From a virus: 64,000 nucleotides of DNA. The DNA lies in the IMG/VR virus record IMGVR_UViG_3300008954_000005, positions 32,001 through 96,000 of that record; one strand, 5' to 3'. Positions 37,153 to 47,700 of this stretch are shown piece after piece; position 1 is the first letter of the stretch, and each line of letters opens with the position of its first letter. A program made the translations under genes and the position numbers. Below the pieces are notes generated by a model that saw nothing but the letters and a program-made list of their open reading frames with translations, ran no database searches and had not been told where the DNA came from.

Positions 37153-38857
37153 ATAATTTACTGAAGAACCCTTGTTTTGGGGCCTTTTGTTTCGGGTAAA
37201 CATAACGCATCTTCCCTGTTGTGTTGTCTCTATACTTATAGATAAATTTAGTAGGCTTTTTAAAGGCTGTGTAGAAGTCCTTCTGCTGCTTGAACTTTCG
37301 CCCAGCAACTCCGTACATCCATTCGTCTGTGGTTTGGGGGGTCTTCTTACCCATCGCTCGACCAATAAATCCTGGTCTAGCTGCCTTGGGCACAGTACTT
37401 CTGTACCGTCGAACATCTACCGCCCGGTTCTCAACGGCACGGTGTTGCTGCCCACCGAGTCTACGGGCACGGGCTTCCGCCTGAAGAATCCGTTGCGGGT
37501 TGAAGTGCCCGTCCAACGCGTAAAACGCAGTAGAGTTCTTCAGGTCGAGGCCTTCCGCACCAGCACCGCTTAGGATGATTACTTTCTTCTTGCCTGCTTG
37601 GTAGTCCTTCACTCCCTGTTGTCTTGTCAGGGCAGTGACCTTGTTCTCACCAACGGTTGTTCCTTTGCCAACAAACACGGCATGATCGATACCGCGAGCT
37701 TTTAGGCCAGCAGATAGGACGTCCACACCACCACGTACCAAGTTGCTGTACAGGACAACCTTGTTGTCGGGCTTCTCTGTGAGATGCTGCGCCGTGTCAT
37801 CCAGTACCTTTTTAGCCTTTGGTGTCTGCTGAGCGGATTGCGCTGCAGTCACGTCTGATCTTCCGGTGTGCACAGAGTTAGCAACCTGTCGAGCCGCCGC
37901 GATCTGGGCGAAGATGAACTTCGCATCCTTGACGGTGATGTTCTTGTCTCTACGCATAAGCATCTCTTTAATCGCTGGATGCTTATCCAGAGCTAGCTGG
38001 TATAGATCGTACTGTGCGGGGGACATCTCCACGTCCACATTCCGCACATCCTTCCGGGGCATCGTTTTGCCCTTAAGATCACCCGTCTCAATGTAGTCTA
38101 TTCTCGGTTGTGTCCGGGCCTTTAGCTCCTCAACCCGCTGGTAGCCGCGAATCTTCTTCTTCCCACCACCAAAACCCTTTGCTGTCCCAACAGTCTTGGT
38201 GAACCTTCGTCTGAATTGCTGGGGCGTCATCTCTCGGTTGTTCTCGGAGATGGTCATCAACGAGGCAATTTCAGAAGGGCGGTTGTTGATCAAAGAGGCT
38301 GTCAGCCCCATGAAGTTGACCGCGTACCTTCGAGCCTCTACTGCCGCTTTAAACGTTGATGCGGATTCATTTCTAGTCTTGTGGAACTCATCTAAAATCA
38401 GAGTGTCAGCCCCGGTTCGCTCCATGAACCCTTTTGGGTCCTTCCGAAACTGGGCGTAGCTTATGATTGTGTAATCAGCGTTGCCCTCGCTACCTGGGCG
38501 TACGTAGCCGTCCTTCTTCCGAACTTCAGCAGGCGAGCCAACAATCTGAACGCTGCTAGTGGTGAACTTTCGAACACCGCCATCCGCAAAGTTGGCCCGT
38601 AAGCCAGAGGGAACAACTACTAGCGCCTTCTTTGCTTTCCCATCGTGACGTAGCTTCTCAAATCCGTAAATGCTTGTAGCGGTTTTCCCCGTGCCCATCT
38701 CGTGGGCGAGAATCATTTTTCCCTTATTTGCGTACAGACGCTCTATCGCTTTTGCTTGGTGCTCATACGGTTTAAACCACTCTTTAAGCGCGGGAATACC
38801 CGTACCGTGTTGCACTTCCTGAGCGACCTCGGCGGCGCATTTAAGGAAAAACCTCAC
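37070..38857 (-). CDS. SNF2-family helicase/ATPase
   Basis: YEHQ, HEMGTGKT, VVVP, ILDEFH, LTAS..NN, K....VLYSN, AGAEGLDL, FNP....QAEARARRLG. Confidence 0.9.
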   Translation of the reverse strand: MRFFLKCAAEVAQEVQHGTGIPALKEWFKPYEHQAKAIERLYANKGKMILAHEMGTGKTATSIYGFEKLRHDGKAKKALVVVPSGLRANFADGGVRKFTTSSVQIVGSPAEVRKKDGYVRPGSEGNADYTIISYAQFRKDPKGFMERTGADTLILDEFHKTRNESASTFKAAVEARRYAVNFMGLTASLINNRPSEIASLMTISENNREMTPQQFRRRFTKTVGTAKGFGGGKKKIRGYQRVEELKARTQPRIDYIETGDLKGKTMPRKDVRNVDVEMSPAQYDLYQLALDKHPAIKEMLMRRDKNITVKDAKFIFAQIAAARQVANSVHTGRSDVTAAQSAQQTPKAKKVLDDTAQHLTEKPDNKVVLYSNLVRGGVDVLSAGLKARGIDHAVFVGKGTTVGENKVTALTRQQGVKDYQAGKKKVIILSGAGAEGLDLKNSTAFYALDGHFNPQRILQAEARARRLGGQQHRAVENRAVDVRRYRSTVPKAARPGFIGRAMGKKTPQTTDEWMYGVAGRKFKQQKDFYTAFKKPTKFIYKYRDNTTGKMRYVYPKQKAPKQGFFSKLFGGKSPSRPTPSQTSQHSATQAAVSAS

Positions 38858-39645
38858 TTCTTCTTACCACCGGACAAGGACTTGTTCGCTGCAGAAATCG
38901 CTTTGGATAGGACTAGCCCACCGAGCGCCCCTGCTGCTGCACCGCCTACACCACCCGCCATCATCTTCTTGCCGAAGATGCCTGGGTTGAACTTGTACGC
39001 CTTGCTGGTTGACTTCGCGGTAAGTTCCTTAATGATGGTATCGCCCGCACGGCTAAGCGCACCAGCCCCAGCCCCGCCCAAGGCAGCGGACATAAGAGCT
39101 TTATTCTTCTTACCCTTGCCTTTGCCGCCACCGCTTGTGAGGCCCTTCGCCATAATCAAAGCGGAAGGGATCTTATAGGAGAGCCTGCCCACCCCAAGAC
39201 CGAGGGCCTTCTTCAAAGAAGTGCCAGAAGCTTTAGCAGGGAGGCGACTAACTCGGCGTCGAATAGCTTTCGAGATTCCACCCTGCTCACCGATGCTCTC
39301 AAGCATCCCCTTCTGTACTGTGAAAGTGCTCGTAACCCCTACTAGGAGGGCCAGCCCCTTCTTGCGGTCGCTCTTCTTCTTAGACTTTAAGAGGCTAAGA
39401 CTCTTTAGGTATAGGGGAGCAGTGACAATTCCGCTCATTGCCCCAATCGCACGGCCAGAGCCCCTACCAGAAATCCCCTTCATGAAGCCCTTCCGTAGGG
39501 GTACCTTCTTGGGACCTAGTTTCAACTCGATTGCTTTCTCAATCCCACCTTTTGGAAGATCTCCCAAAACGGACTTAGCAAGAAAAAAGGGAGCGGCTTT
39601 GCCTAAGGTTGTCAGATACCCAGGGGCCTCTTGTCGTTTAGCCAT
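38854..39645 (-). CDS. basic glycine-zipper protein
   Basis: ATG 39645 follows AGGAGG. GGVGGAAAGALGGLVL, ALGGAGAGAL, K-rich. Confidence 0.7.
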   Translation of the reverse strand: MAKRQEAPGYLTTLGKAAPFFLAKSVLGDLPKGGIEKAIELKLGPKKVPLRKGFMKGISGRGSGRAIGAMSGIVTAPLYLKSLSLLKSKKKSDRKKGLALLVGVTSTFTVQKGMLESIGEQGGISKAIRRRVSRLPAKASGTSLKKALGLGVGRLSYKIPSALIMAKGLTSGGGKGKGKKNKALMSAALGGAGAGALSRAGDTIIKELTAKSTSKAYKFNPGIFGKKMMAGGVGGAAAGALGGLVLSKAISAANKSLSGGKKK

Positions 39646-39958
39646 GTTTGGATACCTCCTTAGCAACCTTAGCGATAAGGCTTTCTGCAAGCACGTCAGA
39701 TATGCCAACAGTAATATTCTTCAATTCCCCGTACCAGCTATCTACTTCTGGCACGTACTCTGCAATCACAGACTTTTCCGGGAATTTAGACCATGCTTCT
39801 TTTATACAGGACTCAAGACAGTCAGGGAACTCGGGGTCAGCCCAAATATGAAACTTTACCCCGCTCTCGTAGATGTAGTACTCCACCCGAACACCTGGAA
39901 CCTTGGTCTTGGATTCCGTGAAAATCACGGGTTCAATTATAACGTTACTTGGGATCAT
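39638..39958 (-). CDS. hypothetical protein
   Basis: 106 aa coupled ORF with EYVPEVDSW and AKVAK. Confidence 0.65.
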   Translation of the reverse strand: MIPSNVIIEPVIFTESKTKVPGVRVEYYIYESGVKFHIWADPEFPDCLESCIKEAWSKFPEKSVIAEYVPEVDSWYGELKNITVGISDVLAESLIAKVAKEVSKHG

Positions 39959-40757
39959 CAGTACCACCTTCGGTAACGTCGCCAAGCTCTTCTACGCTGG
40001 AGATTTCCCGCTTACCTAGTTTAATTGCAATGTCTCTTAGCCCGTCAATTACTTGACTGACTGCGTCACCTGTCCGGTTCATCTCCTCTGTAGCTCTAAA
40101 AATGTTCTCTGCCCACAGCTTTGCTGTCATGGCCGTTTCTTTACCGTTGGGCATTTCAGAGGTCTCGAAAAAGCGCATCGATGACTCATGGAATAGGTCA
40201 CGAATAACGTCCTGCTGAGATAGTTCTAACTTGTAGCCAAGCTTCCATAAAGCAAAAGCCTCACCACGGTTGTAGCAAGACCTGAGCATGCGCCCATTAT
40301 CATGGCCCCTCAAGTACTCATACCACTGGCTAGTGGACAGGAGCGACCGATTCCAAAAGTAATGCGCGTACATGTTCAGTACGCGCTTTGAAACAACCTG
40401 ACCGGTAAGACTCTTTATATACTCAGGGATCTGGGCAATTGGTGTATCCGCAGTAAGAAGGGCTTCGAGGACAGGGCGAACTTTTGTATTTCCAAGTATG
40501 TCCCTAGCTTGCACTGCGTACTTGTCTTCTTTAGCCAAAGACATGATGCGCTGCCTACGGACCCACTTTCGTGTGTCCGAAAAGTCCATGCGAAATGGGC
40601 TCGGCTTTGTCCGCTCTAGCTGGTTCCGTATTTCCAACAAATAATCAGAATCCGGTTCCTGCATTTCATATAGAACAGCCGCTTCGCATACCTGCTCTAT
40701 GGACAAATCCGAGAACACCAGCATGTATCTAAGCCAATACTCGTTCGGATGCTTCAT
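39945..40757 (-). CDS. hypothetical helical protein (possible small terminase or regulator)
   Basis: 270 aa ORF in the operon, YAHYFWN motif. Function not recognised. Confidence 0.65.
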   Translation of the reverse strand: MKHPNEYWLRYMLVFSDLSIEQVCEAAVLYEMQEPDSDYLLEIRNQLERTKPSPFRMDFSDTRKWVRRQRIMSLAKEDKYAVQARDILGNTKVRPVLEALLTADTPIAQIPEYIKSLTGQVVSKRVLNMYAHYFWNRSLLSTSQWYEYLRGHDNGRMLRSCYNRGEAFALWKLGYKLELSQQDVIRDLFHESSMRFFETSEMPNGKETAMTAKLWAENIFRATEEMNRTGDAVSQVIDGLRDIAIKLGKREISSVEELGDVTEGGTDDPK

Positions 40758-40762
40758 AATAA

Positions 40763-42733
40763 TTACATAGTATTAGACCTGATCTGCAGCTTCTTAAGCC
40801 CAGTAATCGCACGCTCCATGCCAGAAAGGGATGACGCTACCGCAGGCTCAGGAATATCTGACAAACCAAGTCGAACGCCAACAAGTAGCTCAGCCAGCTT
40901 AGAGGCAGATTCCTCAAAAACAGGTAGAGCATCCAAGTATCCTTGGACGTTTTCTGGCGTAATAAAGTTAAGTGATAATACGGAGTCAACTGTCTCCGAG
41001 TTGTTTAGAACCGCAGCCTCCTTGACCAAATCCATCCTAATCACCGACGCAATTTGCGCGGCTTCGTCATTCGAGCCCAACTCAATCGTTGGCGCTAGAA
41101 TCCTACGACTAGCGACGAAAACCTCTTCTCCCTTATCAGCCGCATGAGCTAACTTAGTCATAGCTCCTTCTGAAGAATCTCCGAGAACACCCAGTACCAG
41201 AAGCGCCTCATCCAACTTCAAGAAGGCCCTCTTCTCTAGATCTTTTACCGGGGCTCCCTCAAAGCTAAATTCTGTCCCATCGCTAATGATTTTAACTTTA
41301 TTGATATAGTCGGTTCTGGCCGAAATCTTCTCAATCTGCGTGGTGTCTGACCGGTAGCTCCCGTTAAAGGTCATAGGCACAAACACACTGTCTTCGGGAA
41401 TTAGGAAATCACGCCCACCAAGGCCGACAGGAATCCGCACCGACGCCAGCTTGAGCGTTCCCCGTCCCTGTAGGGGGGTTTCGTAGATGTACGAAGTCTC
41501 CCCGTTCGCATCCGTCACCGCGTGGTTTACGGTCAATGGTTCCGAAACCTTACCTGCCGTCTTAAACACAAAGACTCCCTCCCCTATTGGGGCCGAGCCT
41601 TCGAGAGCGTTTAGGTCAAGATCCCCACAACGAACACCAGCTACCTTAGCCTGAAAAGCGGCTCCGCTAGACCCAACAACCAGACGAAGGTCGGATTCCC
41701 GCCCGTCCAGGGTGAGAACATCGGTGATCACTGCGGCTCGTCGCGCACTGCCGTACTTATCTAGGACAGAGAACACACCGGTTTCATCAATAACCTCTAG
41801 ATCTTTGGTCACCTCGATTTTAGGTAGCGCTTCAGTATTATCAGCTAATAATACGGATCCTGTCTTCACCACACTATTTCGAACCTCCCTGGGAAGGGTC
41901 GCCGCGTCCTTGTTGCGGAGCTTGTGTGTAGAAACCTCAAACCCGTTAGAGCTTGCGGTTTTAATCAGGTAGCCGCCGCCAACTTTACAGACAACCGCTG
42001 CCTCAAAATCAGAGGTTGTGGGCGCACTCTCAACGGGCTGGTTTTCTACGGAGTGTGCCAACTTGGACAACACTGATGAAAACGCGGGATTTAGATCAGC
42101 CGCATCAACAAGACGCTCACTAGCCGCAATCTTGTTGAAGAACTTCTCAACCACCTCTTTGCCCAATGACACACCAGCAAATGCAGAAGCCTGCTTAACT
42201 GACTGGTTTGGGGAAAGGGGACCACCACCACTCATACCCTCGGGCTCAGCGGGGTTAACGTTCTGGTTAGCCGACGCCCCTAGTGCTTTGGGAACAGGAG
42301 CGATGGAGTACGGACCCGCATCAAACATCGCCGCTGCAACGCGCATCTCGTTTAGGGGCAAGAACCTACCATCGGGAGTGATGAAAACGTCGTAGGAGTA
42401 CGCCTTCTTATTCTCCACAATGATCGGGATACGAACACTATTGTTCGGATCTGGCTCTGGTTGACCCTGACTAATCATCTGTCCCATCTGCTGTGTTCCC
42501 TCTGGGGGTGGAACATCGCTGGGCTGGCTGACGAGGAATACACCATACATGTATCCTTGGCTCTCATCCTGCCCTTGGACAGAGATGTTCACCTGATACT
42601 TACCCAGGTAGGGGTGCTGCTTGTACAGATGAGCGATCAACTCACTGGGGTAAGTGGACGGGTTATCCCCGAGAAGGAACTTGGCAGCTACCTTCTCGAA
42701 GTGTGGTCCTTTTAATTTTCTGGTAAGTTCCAT
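40763..42733 (-). CDS. large virion (probable internal head) protein
   Basis: About ten K-x-A motifs (EKVAA, VKQAS, NKIAA, SKLAH, IKTAS, FKTAG, LKLAS, EKRAF, TKLAH, VKEAA). TVDSVLSLNFITPEN. Confidence 0.75.
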   Translation of the reverse strand: MELTRKLKGPHFEKVAAKFLLGDNPSTYPSELIAHLYKQHPYLGKYQVNISVQGQDESQGYMYGVFLVSQPSDVPPPEGTQQMGQMISQGQPEPDPNNSVRIPIIVENKKAYSYDVFITPDGRFLPLNEMRVAAAMFDAGPYSIAPVPKALGASANQNVNPAEPEGMSGGGPLSPNQSVKQASAFAGVSLGKEVVEKFFNKIAASERLVDAADLNPAFSSVLSKLAHSVENQPVESAPTTSDFEAAVVCKVGGGYLIKTASSNGFEVSTHKLRNKDAATLPREVRNSVVKTGSVLLADNTEALPKIEVTKDLEVIDETGVFSVLDKYGSARRAAVITDVLTLDGRESDLRLVVGSSGAAFQAKVAGVRCGDLDLNALEGSAPIGEGVFVFKTAGKVSEPLTVNHAVTDANGETSYIYETPLQGRGTLKLASVRIPVGLGGRDFLIPEDSVFVPMTFNGSYRSDTTQIEKISARTDYINKVKIISDGTEFSFEGAPVKDLEKRAFLKLDEALLVLGVLGDSSEGAMTKLAHAADKGEEVFVASRRILAPTIELGSNDEAAQIASVIRMDLVKEAAVLNNSETVDSVLSLNFITPENVQGYLDALPVFEESASKLAELLVGVRLGLSDIPEPAVASSLSGMERAITGLKKLQIRSNTM

Positions 42734-42820
42734 GTTATATACTCCTACGACCTGTGCGATGAGCGTCGGCTTGGTCTAATAATACATTGTTAGTATCAAG
42801 TGTTGAAGGCATTAGCTACT

Positions 42821-43321
42821 CTAGCTCCAAGGGGTTGTGGGTACTGGACCACCGGGAGTGGTCACAGAAACCAACCCCGTCGCAGCCCATGTAAGTAGTT
42901 TCGGGTGTATTTCAGCTATTATCGGTGCGTGAGAATCACTAGCAGGGCTAGTTATCACAGTAATCACCGGTGGGGCGGGGGGAGGCGTGATGGGGATAAG
43001 CTGCCCAGCGATGCCCGGTGCAGCGTTTACTGGTATAGAGGCCAGCGCCCCAAAAGCTTGAAACCCGTTCTGCAGGGCAGTAGCGAGCGTCGCCCCGGCT
43101 GGGTCGGGGGCAACAGTGGCCCCGAACGCTGCTGCGAAAGCCGCCTTACCGGCCTCTAGCCCAACCGGTGTCCACGTCGGGTTCAAGCCGTTCTCAAAAA
43201 AGGCTTCGCCCACAACCGCCCACTCTTGTCCTGCGTGAGTACTTTCATCGCCTTCATTCATGGCGGAAACTACGCCTTCCAGGGCGTCGGTCATTGCTGA
43301 TAGGGCTGCTGCTAATGGCAT
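42821..43321 (-). CDS. Ala/Pro-rich baseplate-associated protein
   Basis: Follows the spike gene. Typical small protein ending in PW. Confidence 0.55.
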   Translation of the reverse strand: MPLAAALSAMTDALEGVVSAMNEGDESTHAGQEWAVVGEAFFENGLNPTWTPVGLEAGKAAFAAAFGATVAPDPAGATLATALQNGFQAFGALASIPVNAAPGIAGQLIPITPPPAPPVITVITSPASDSHAPIIAEIHPKLLTWAATGLVSVTTPGGPVPTTPWS

Positions 43322-43322
43322 T

Positions 43323-44780
43323 TTACTTTTTAGCCTTTACTGTCTTAGACGCTACATCATCTTCAAACGTAACTGTCGCGCTAGGGAGGACGGGTCCGCT
43401 AGGACCAGCCGGGGTAGCGCATGAGAACTTGCTCTCTAGCCAAGTCTTTAAATCCTGCCAACGAACCACCCCTTGTAGTTCGTCACTGTTGGTTCCCAAC
43501 TGAATATTTGCCTCTCCCTGAATAAGGACATCGCCCTTAACCTGGAAATCCATCTCTTCCAGCACCTTGAATAATACTGATTTTACTTGAGCTTCAAACT
43601 CATTAGTGTCTAATAATTCAAGGATACTCTGCTTATTTTCCTTGGTATCTTCGCTCCCACCGTCACCACCGTAAACAACCTTGATACCTTTATTAACACG
43701 CGCATATAGTGTCTGGTCTATCTCAGCGTGTATATGCCCCTTTGTGAAAACAAGTGCATCCCCTTCTCGATTTAGTTGGAAGGCGTAGCAAACGGAATCC
43801 TTGGTCTCGGTGTTCGTATCCTTCTCGGGGTCATGGTTGTAGATGGTAAGGCTGAGGATGCCCTTGGACTCTTTTCTAATACCTTTAGCTTTGTGGCTAC
43901 CCGTTAACCGTACTGGCTGATCAACTCGATCCTTGGTGGCTTTGTGCCCCAAATAACCAAACTCATGTTCAGCATCCTCCTCGGTATCTAAGACCTCTGG
44001 AGTTAAACGACCAATACGAAGCTCTACAGTGTACTTGCCTTCCTTAACGTCCTCTTGGCACAAATCTTTTATGTTGTACCGAACCATCACCGGCGTCTCT
44101 GCTGCCGCGCTCAGAGCCTTGCTCTTATCGGCCTCCTCCAACAAATCAGAAGACAAGTAGCCTAGAACCTCTGTGGGCGTTTCGCCCTCAACTAGTTGTG
44201 CGTGGCCCCATTCAATCTCTCCAACGGGGCTGTAGGCTTGGTATCTCTGGAAGTAGTCGCGTACTAAATTCTCGATGGGCAGGTAGACGCGCTGCGCTAA
44301 CCCAGTAGCGCCGATTTGTACCATCCCACCACGCCGAACAATGACATGATTACCGTCAATAGCACCCATGTAAATGTCGCCGGGTTCTAGGTTCTCCCGC
44401 ATTGCCCGGAAGTTCGGCCCAGCATCAGCGGACTCTTCAATCAATTCTGCGCTTGGGCCGTCCAACTCAGCCATGTGCTCCGGGACAACGGCTGGCTGTG
44501 CGTTTATGATGAACGAGAGGATAAAGGACGTCCCATCGGCACACTCACACACATAACAGTGTGAGTTCACTTCCGGCATCCAGTACAACCCACCAACATG
44601 ATCTTGATGACAATACCCAGCAGCAAAAGGAACATCCACCAATGCCTTATGCGTGTAAATCGTCATCAAGTCACAAGTAAACTCTTGCACGTTCACACTC
44701 TGTACCAGAGCTAGGTGCACCTTCGCGGGCCTGTCAGCAAACCCAGGAGTTTGCCCCATACCATCTTGAAATTCAGACAT
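43323..44780 (-). CDS. baseplate spike (gpV/gp5-like OB fold)
   Basis: V.SVN...FTCD...GG...MPEV.S.C.V OB-fold pattern, LEPGD, beta-repeat C-terminus ending TPAGPSGP...SKTV. Confidence 0.7.
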   Translation of the reverse strand: MSEFQDGMGQTPGFADRPAKVHLALVQSVNVQEFTCDLMTIYTHKALVDVPFAAGYCHQDHVGGLYWMPEVNSHCYVCECADGTSFILSFIINAQPAVVPEHMAELDGPSAELIEESADAGPNFRAMRENLEPGDIYMGAIDGNHVIVRRGGMVQIGATGLAQRVYLPIENLVRDYFQRYQAYSPVGEIEWGHAQLVEGETPTEVLGYLSSDLLEEADKSKALSAAAETPVMVRYNIKDLCQEDVKEGKYTVELRIGRLTPEVLDTEEDAEHEFGYLGHKATKDRVDQPVRLTGSHKAKGIRKESKGILSLTIYNHDPEKDTNTETKDSVCYAFQLNREGDALVFTKGHIHAEIDQTLYARVNKGIKVVYGGDGGSEDTKENKQSILELLDTNEFEAQVKSVLFKVLEEMDFQVKGDVLIQGEANIQLGTNSDELQGVVRWQDLKTWLESKFSCATPAGPSGPVLPSATVTFEDDVASKTVKAKK

Positions 44781-47700
44781 TAATAAGGGCCTCCGCTATC
44801 TTTAGGCTTACCGAATTCAGCGGAATAAGCGATGCCTGGGGCGGGGTGTGTTCCGTGAAGATCAGACTCCCATCCCTCATTCGCAGCCCTAATAAAGGTT
44901 TCTTTAAGTTTTCGGTACTGAAGCCTAGCGATCCAGTCTGTACTCTGATCCAGAGGAAGTGTCTCGATACCACGGAGCATCGGCTGCACTCTGATCGGGG
45001 CTTTCATTTTGCCAGAACGATTGAGGGCAGCAGCGTGTGATAAAGAGATGTAGTCATTCTTGATAAACGAGGAGTCTCCAGGGTCAGTGACCCGCCCGAG
45101 GTTGGTTACCGCCTTGGTGACCACCTCAATGTTCCTTCGTTTAATCCCTTCGCTCTTATACACCTTGTTGATCTCGTCAGCGATGTACGCCTGGACTGTG
45201 TCTACGTTGGTCTTTGCCAATAGGTCTCGGGGCTCAATTACACCACTTGAAATCTGCTGGCCCTTCCTAACCTTGTCCCCAACACCGATACTGATCGTTC
45301 GCCCAGCCGGAACATAGATGTCCTCGTTACCAATAGAGATATCAAAACCACCGACAGGGCTCTTAGTCACCTTGCTTACCTCAGCGGTAGCTGGAGAAAG
45401 TACTGCTGCGTTAGGTAGCGTTGCGGGCATCTTCAGAAGTTGGCTAATCCGGTCAATGCCACCAACGACACCCGCAGAAGACCCGGCCACACCGCCCGTA
45501 TGGAATGTCTTCATAGACAACTGTGTGCCGCGTTCCCCCAATGCGGTTCCGGCAATAAGCCCGATATTGGTCCCCACCTCAACAGGCCTTCCACCATCCA
45601 TGAGCCCATAGCAGTGAGAACACAGCCCCTTCTTGGACTCACATTTCATAGGCGATCTAGCCACAACTTTAGAGACCTTTGAGGCCTTTAGCTTAGAAAG
45701 CAGCGCAGGGGTTATGGCCGTACCTGCGGGGACCGTGGATCCCCCAGCCTTAAAGGCTTTAGCAGTAAACCGATCAACTAAATCTGAGTCGCCAATATCT
45801 AGGGCAATCCCCCGCTTCGTACCACAATTATTCTGTGTAACTACGTAGCTAATAGCCGTGTTGGCTATTTGTTTATTCAGTGCCCCCGGAACAGATACAG
45901 ACTGTACCTTCTCAATGAGGCCCTTACGCGCACCAGATGAAGCGACCCAGTAATCAGAAGAACGCAGACCTTCGGAATATGACCTGTCTACAGGCACAGG
46001 AATAACCCGACCGCTCGCATTCTCTAGAAGCATGGGTCCGATAAGCATCTGCTGTAGCTGCGACCAAGCGGGTTTGACTCCTGCGTTGTTCATAGCTCTG
46101 AGTTTGTTTCCATCTTTGTCTAGAATCTTCTTAGCTTCTGACGACAGGTCTTCTGTCACCTTGGTATACAGGTCGATAATTTGAGCTTCGGCGGCGCTAG
46201 GAGAGATGAGCTTCATCTTCTCCTTTTTCCTGATGGCTGTTTCCTTAGCCCGCGCAACTTTCATCCTGCTATTGCGAAGCTCTGTGAGAGTGTTGAAGTC
46301 ATCCAAATCAAACGAGAACCCGGTGTCGTACGCATGACCAAAGCCAAGATTCTTTATCTTGTCTGCTGTGGCTTGGAACTCTGCGGGGCTTTTCACAGCT
46401 ACTTGGCGCAAGATGTTTTGGAGGACACCCTTCCCCATAATCAGCTTAGGGTCTGTGAGGATTTCTTCAGATTGAACCTTTTTCGGCAAGGCATTATTGA
46501 ATAATATTCTTCCCGCCGTTGTTCGTAATCCCCCAACAGACACAACATCAGTAGCTAGAATATCTCCAGCCTCTGCGGCGGCTAATGCTTCTTTAGCATC
46601 GGCAAACTTAGTTCTCGTCTTCTTCCCCATTTGGGTAAGCAGGTAGAGCCCTAACTGGCCCTCTAGGCTCGGCTGGTACATCACCCTCCCAGTAGCAGGG
46701 TTGAACAGGTTCTTTGAGGGCAGCATTTTATGCGCCTCATCGACGGCCTCTTGGGATACGGGCACAAAGATGGCCATTGTGTCCCCGTCAAAGTCAGCAT
46801 TGAACCCACCGGTCACCAGAGGGTGGATGTGGATGGACTTCTCATCGTGAAGTTTTGGCTTAAAGGCCATGATCCCAAACTTATGTAGAACTGGGTCACG
46901 CTTAAAAAGTACCGGGCGCTTGTTAACAGCAACCTCAAGGGCTCTATTCGCCAAAGAACTATTCTTCTCGATTTCTTCCCTAGCCTTGAGGGGCGTATAC
47001 CCCATGTTTACAAGCTCCTTCACCACAAAGGGCCTGTAGATCTTCATAGCCCCCTTCCTCGGAAGACCTAACTCGTCGAGGTGCAGATCCATATCGGGAA
47101 CAATGACCGACCGCATGGAGATGTCCTGCTTACGATCCAGAATTCGTTTGTGGAAAAAGCTCTGCTTTGGCGATTGACGGCCAGAGAGAATGGTGAGTAT
47201 TCCGGGGGGTCTTGCTTGACCATCCATAGTCATGGCCCCCTCTGTAGGGGTAGACACGCCCATCAAAGCATCCACAGCATTGTATAGGTCGCCCCGGAGC
47301 TTCGCGGTTGCGGACTCGGGCAAAACCCCATCGGCCTCCTTTAGCTTTTGGTTGAGCATGGCGATATCGCGGTACAACATGTTTGTACCATCGATGTTTA
47401 GATCCCCGCCCTCCATAGCGGTAATGGGCCTAAAGATAGGGGGCAGGACTGGCACATTGCTTATTCCGTACGCCTTGTCAGCGGAAAGGCCCTCCTTCTT
47501 GAGCATCAGCAGGTACTTAATCTTCTTGTTCAGCTTATCTAGCTCACCCCGTCTAGCGGTCTTTATCTGTTCCTTAGCCGAGGCAAGCTCTTCATCCACA
47601 TTTAGTGCAGCTAGGGCAGCAATGATTCCTTGAGGACCGACTATGTCTTTATGCGTTCCCGCAATAGCACTGTCGTACTCTTTCCCAGTCAGTCCCAGCA

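Noticed and set aside
39221-39976. 251 aa + strand ORF
   Set aside because: Antisense to two coupled - strand genes.
28240-42800. Shared late promoter (TATTATT on the - strand near 28250 and 42780)
   Set aside because: Too few and too AT-generic to support by eye; needs motif discovery.
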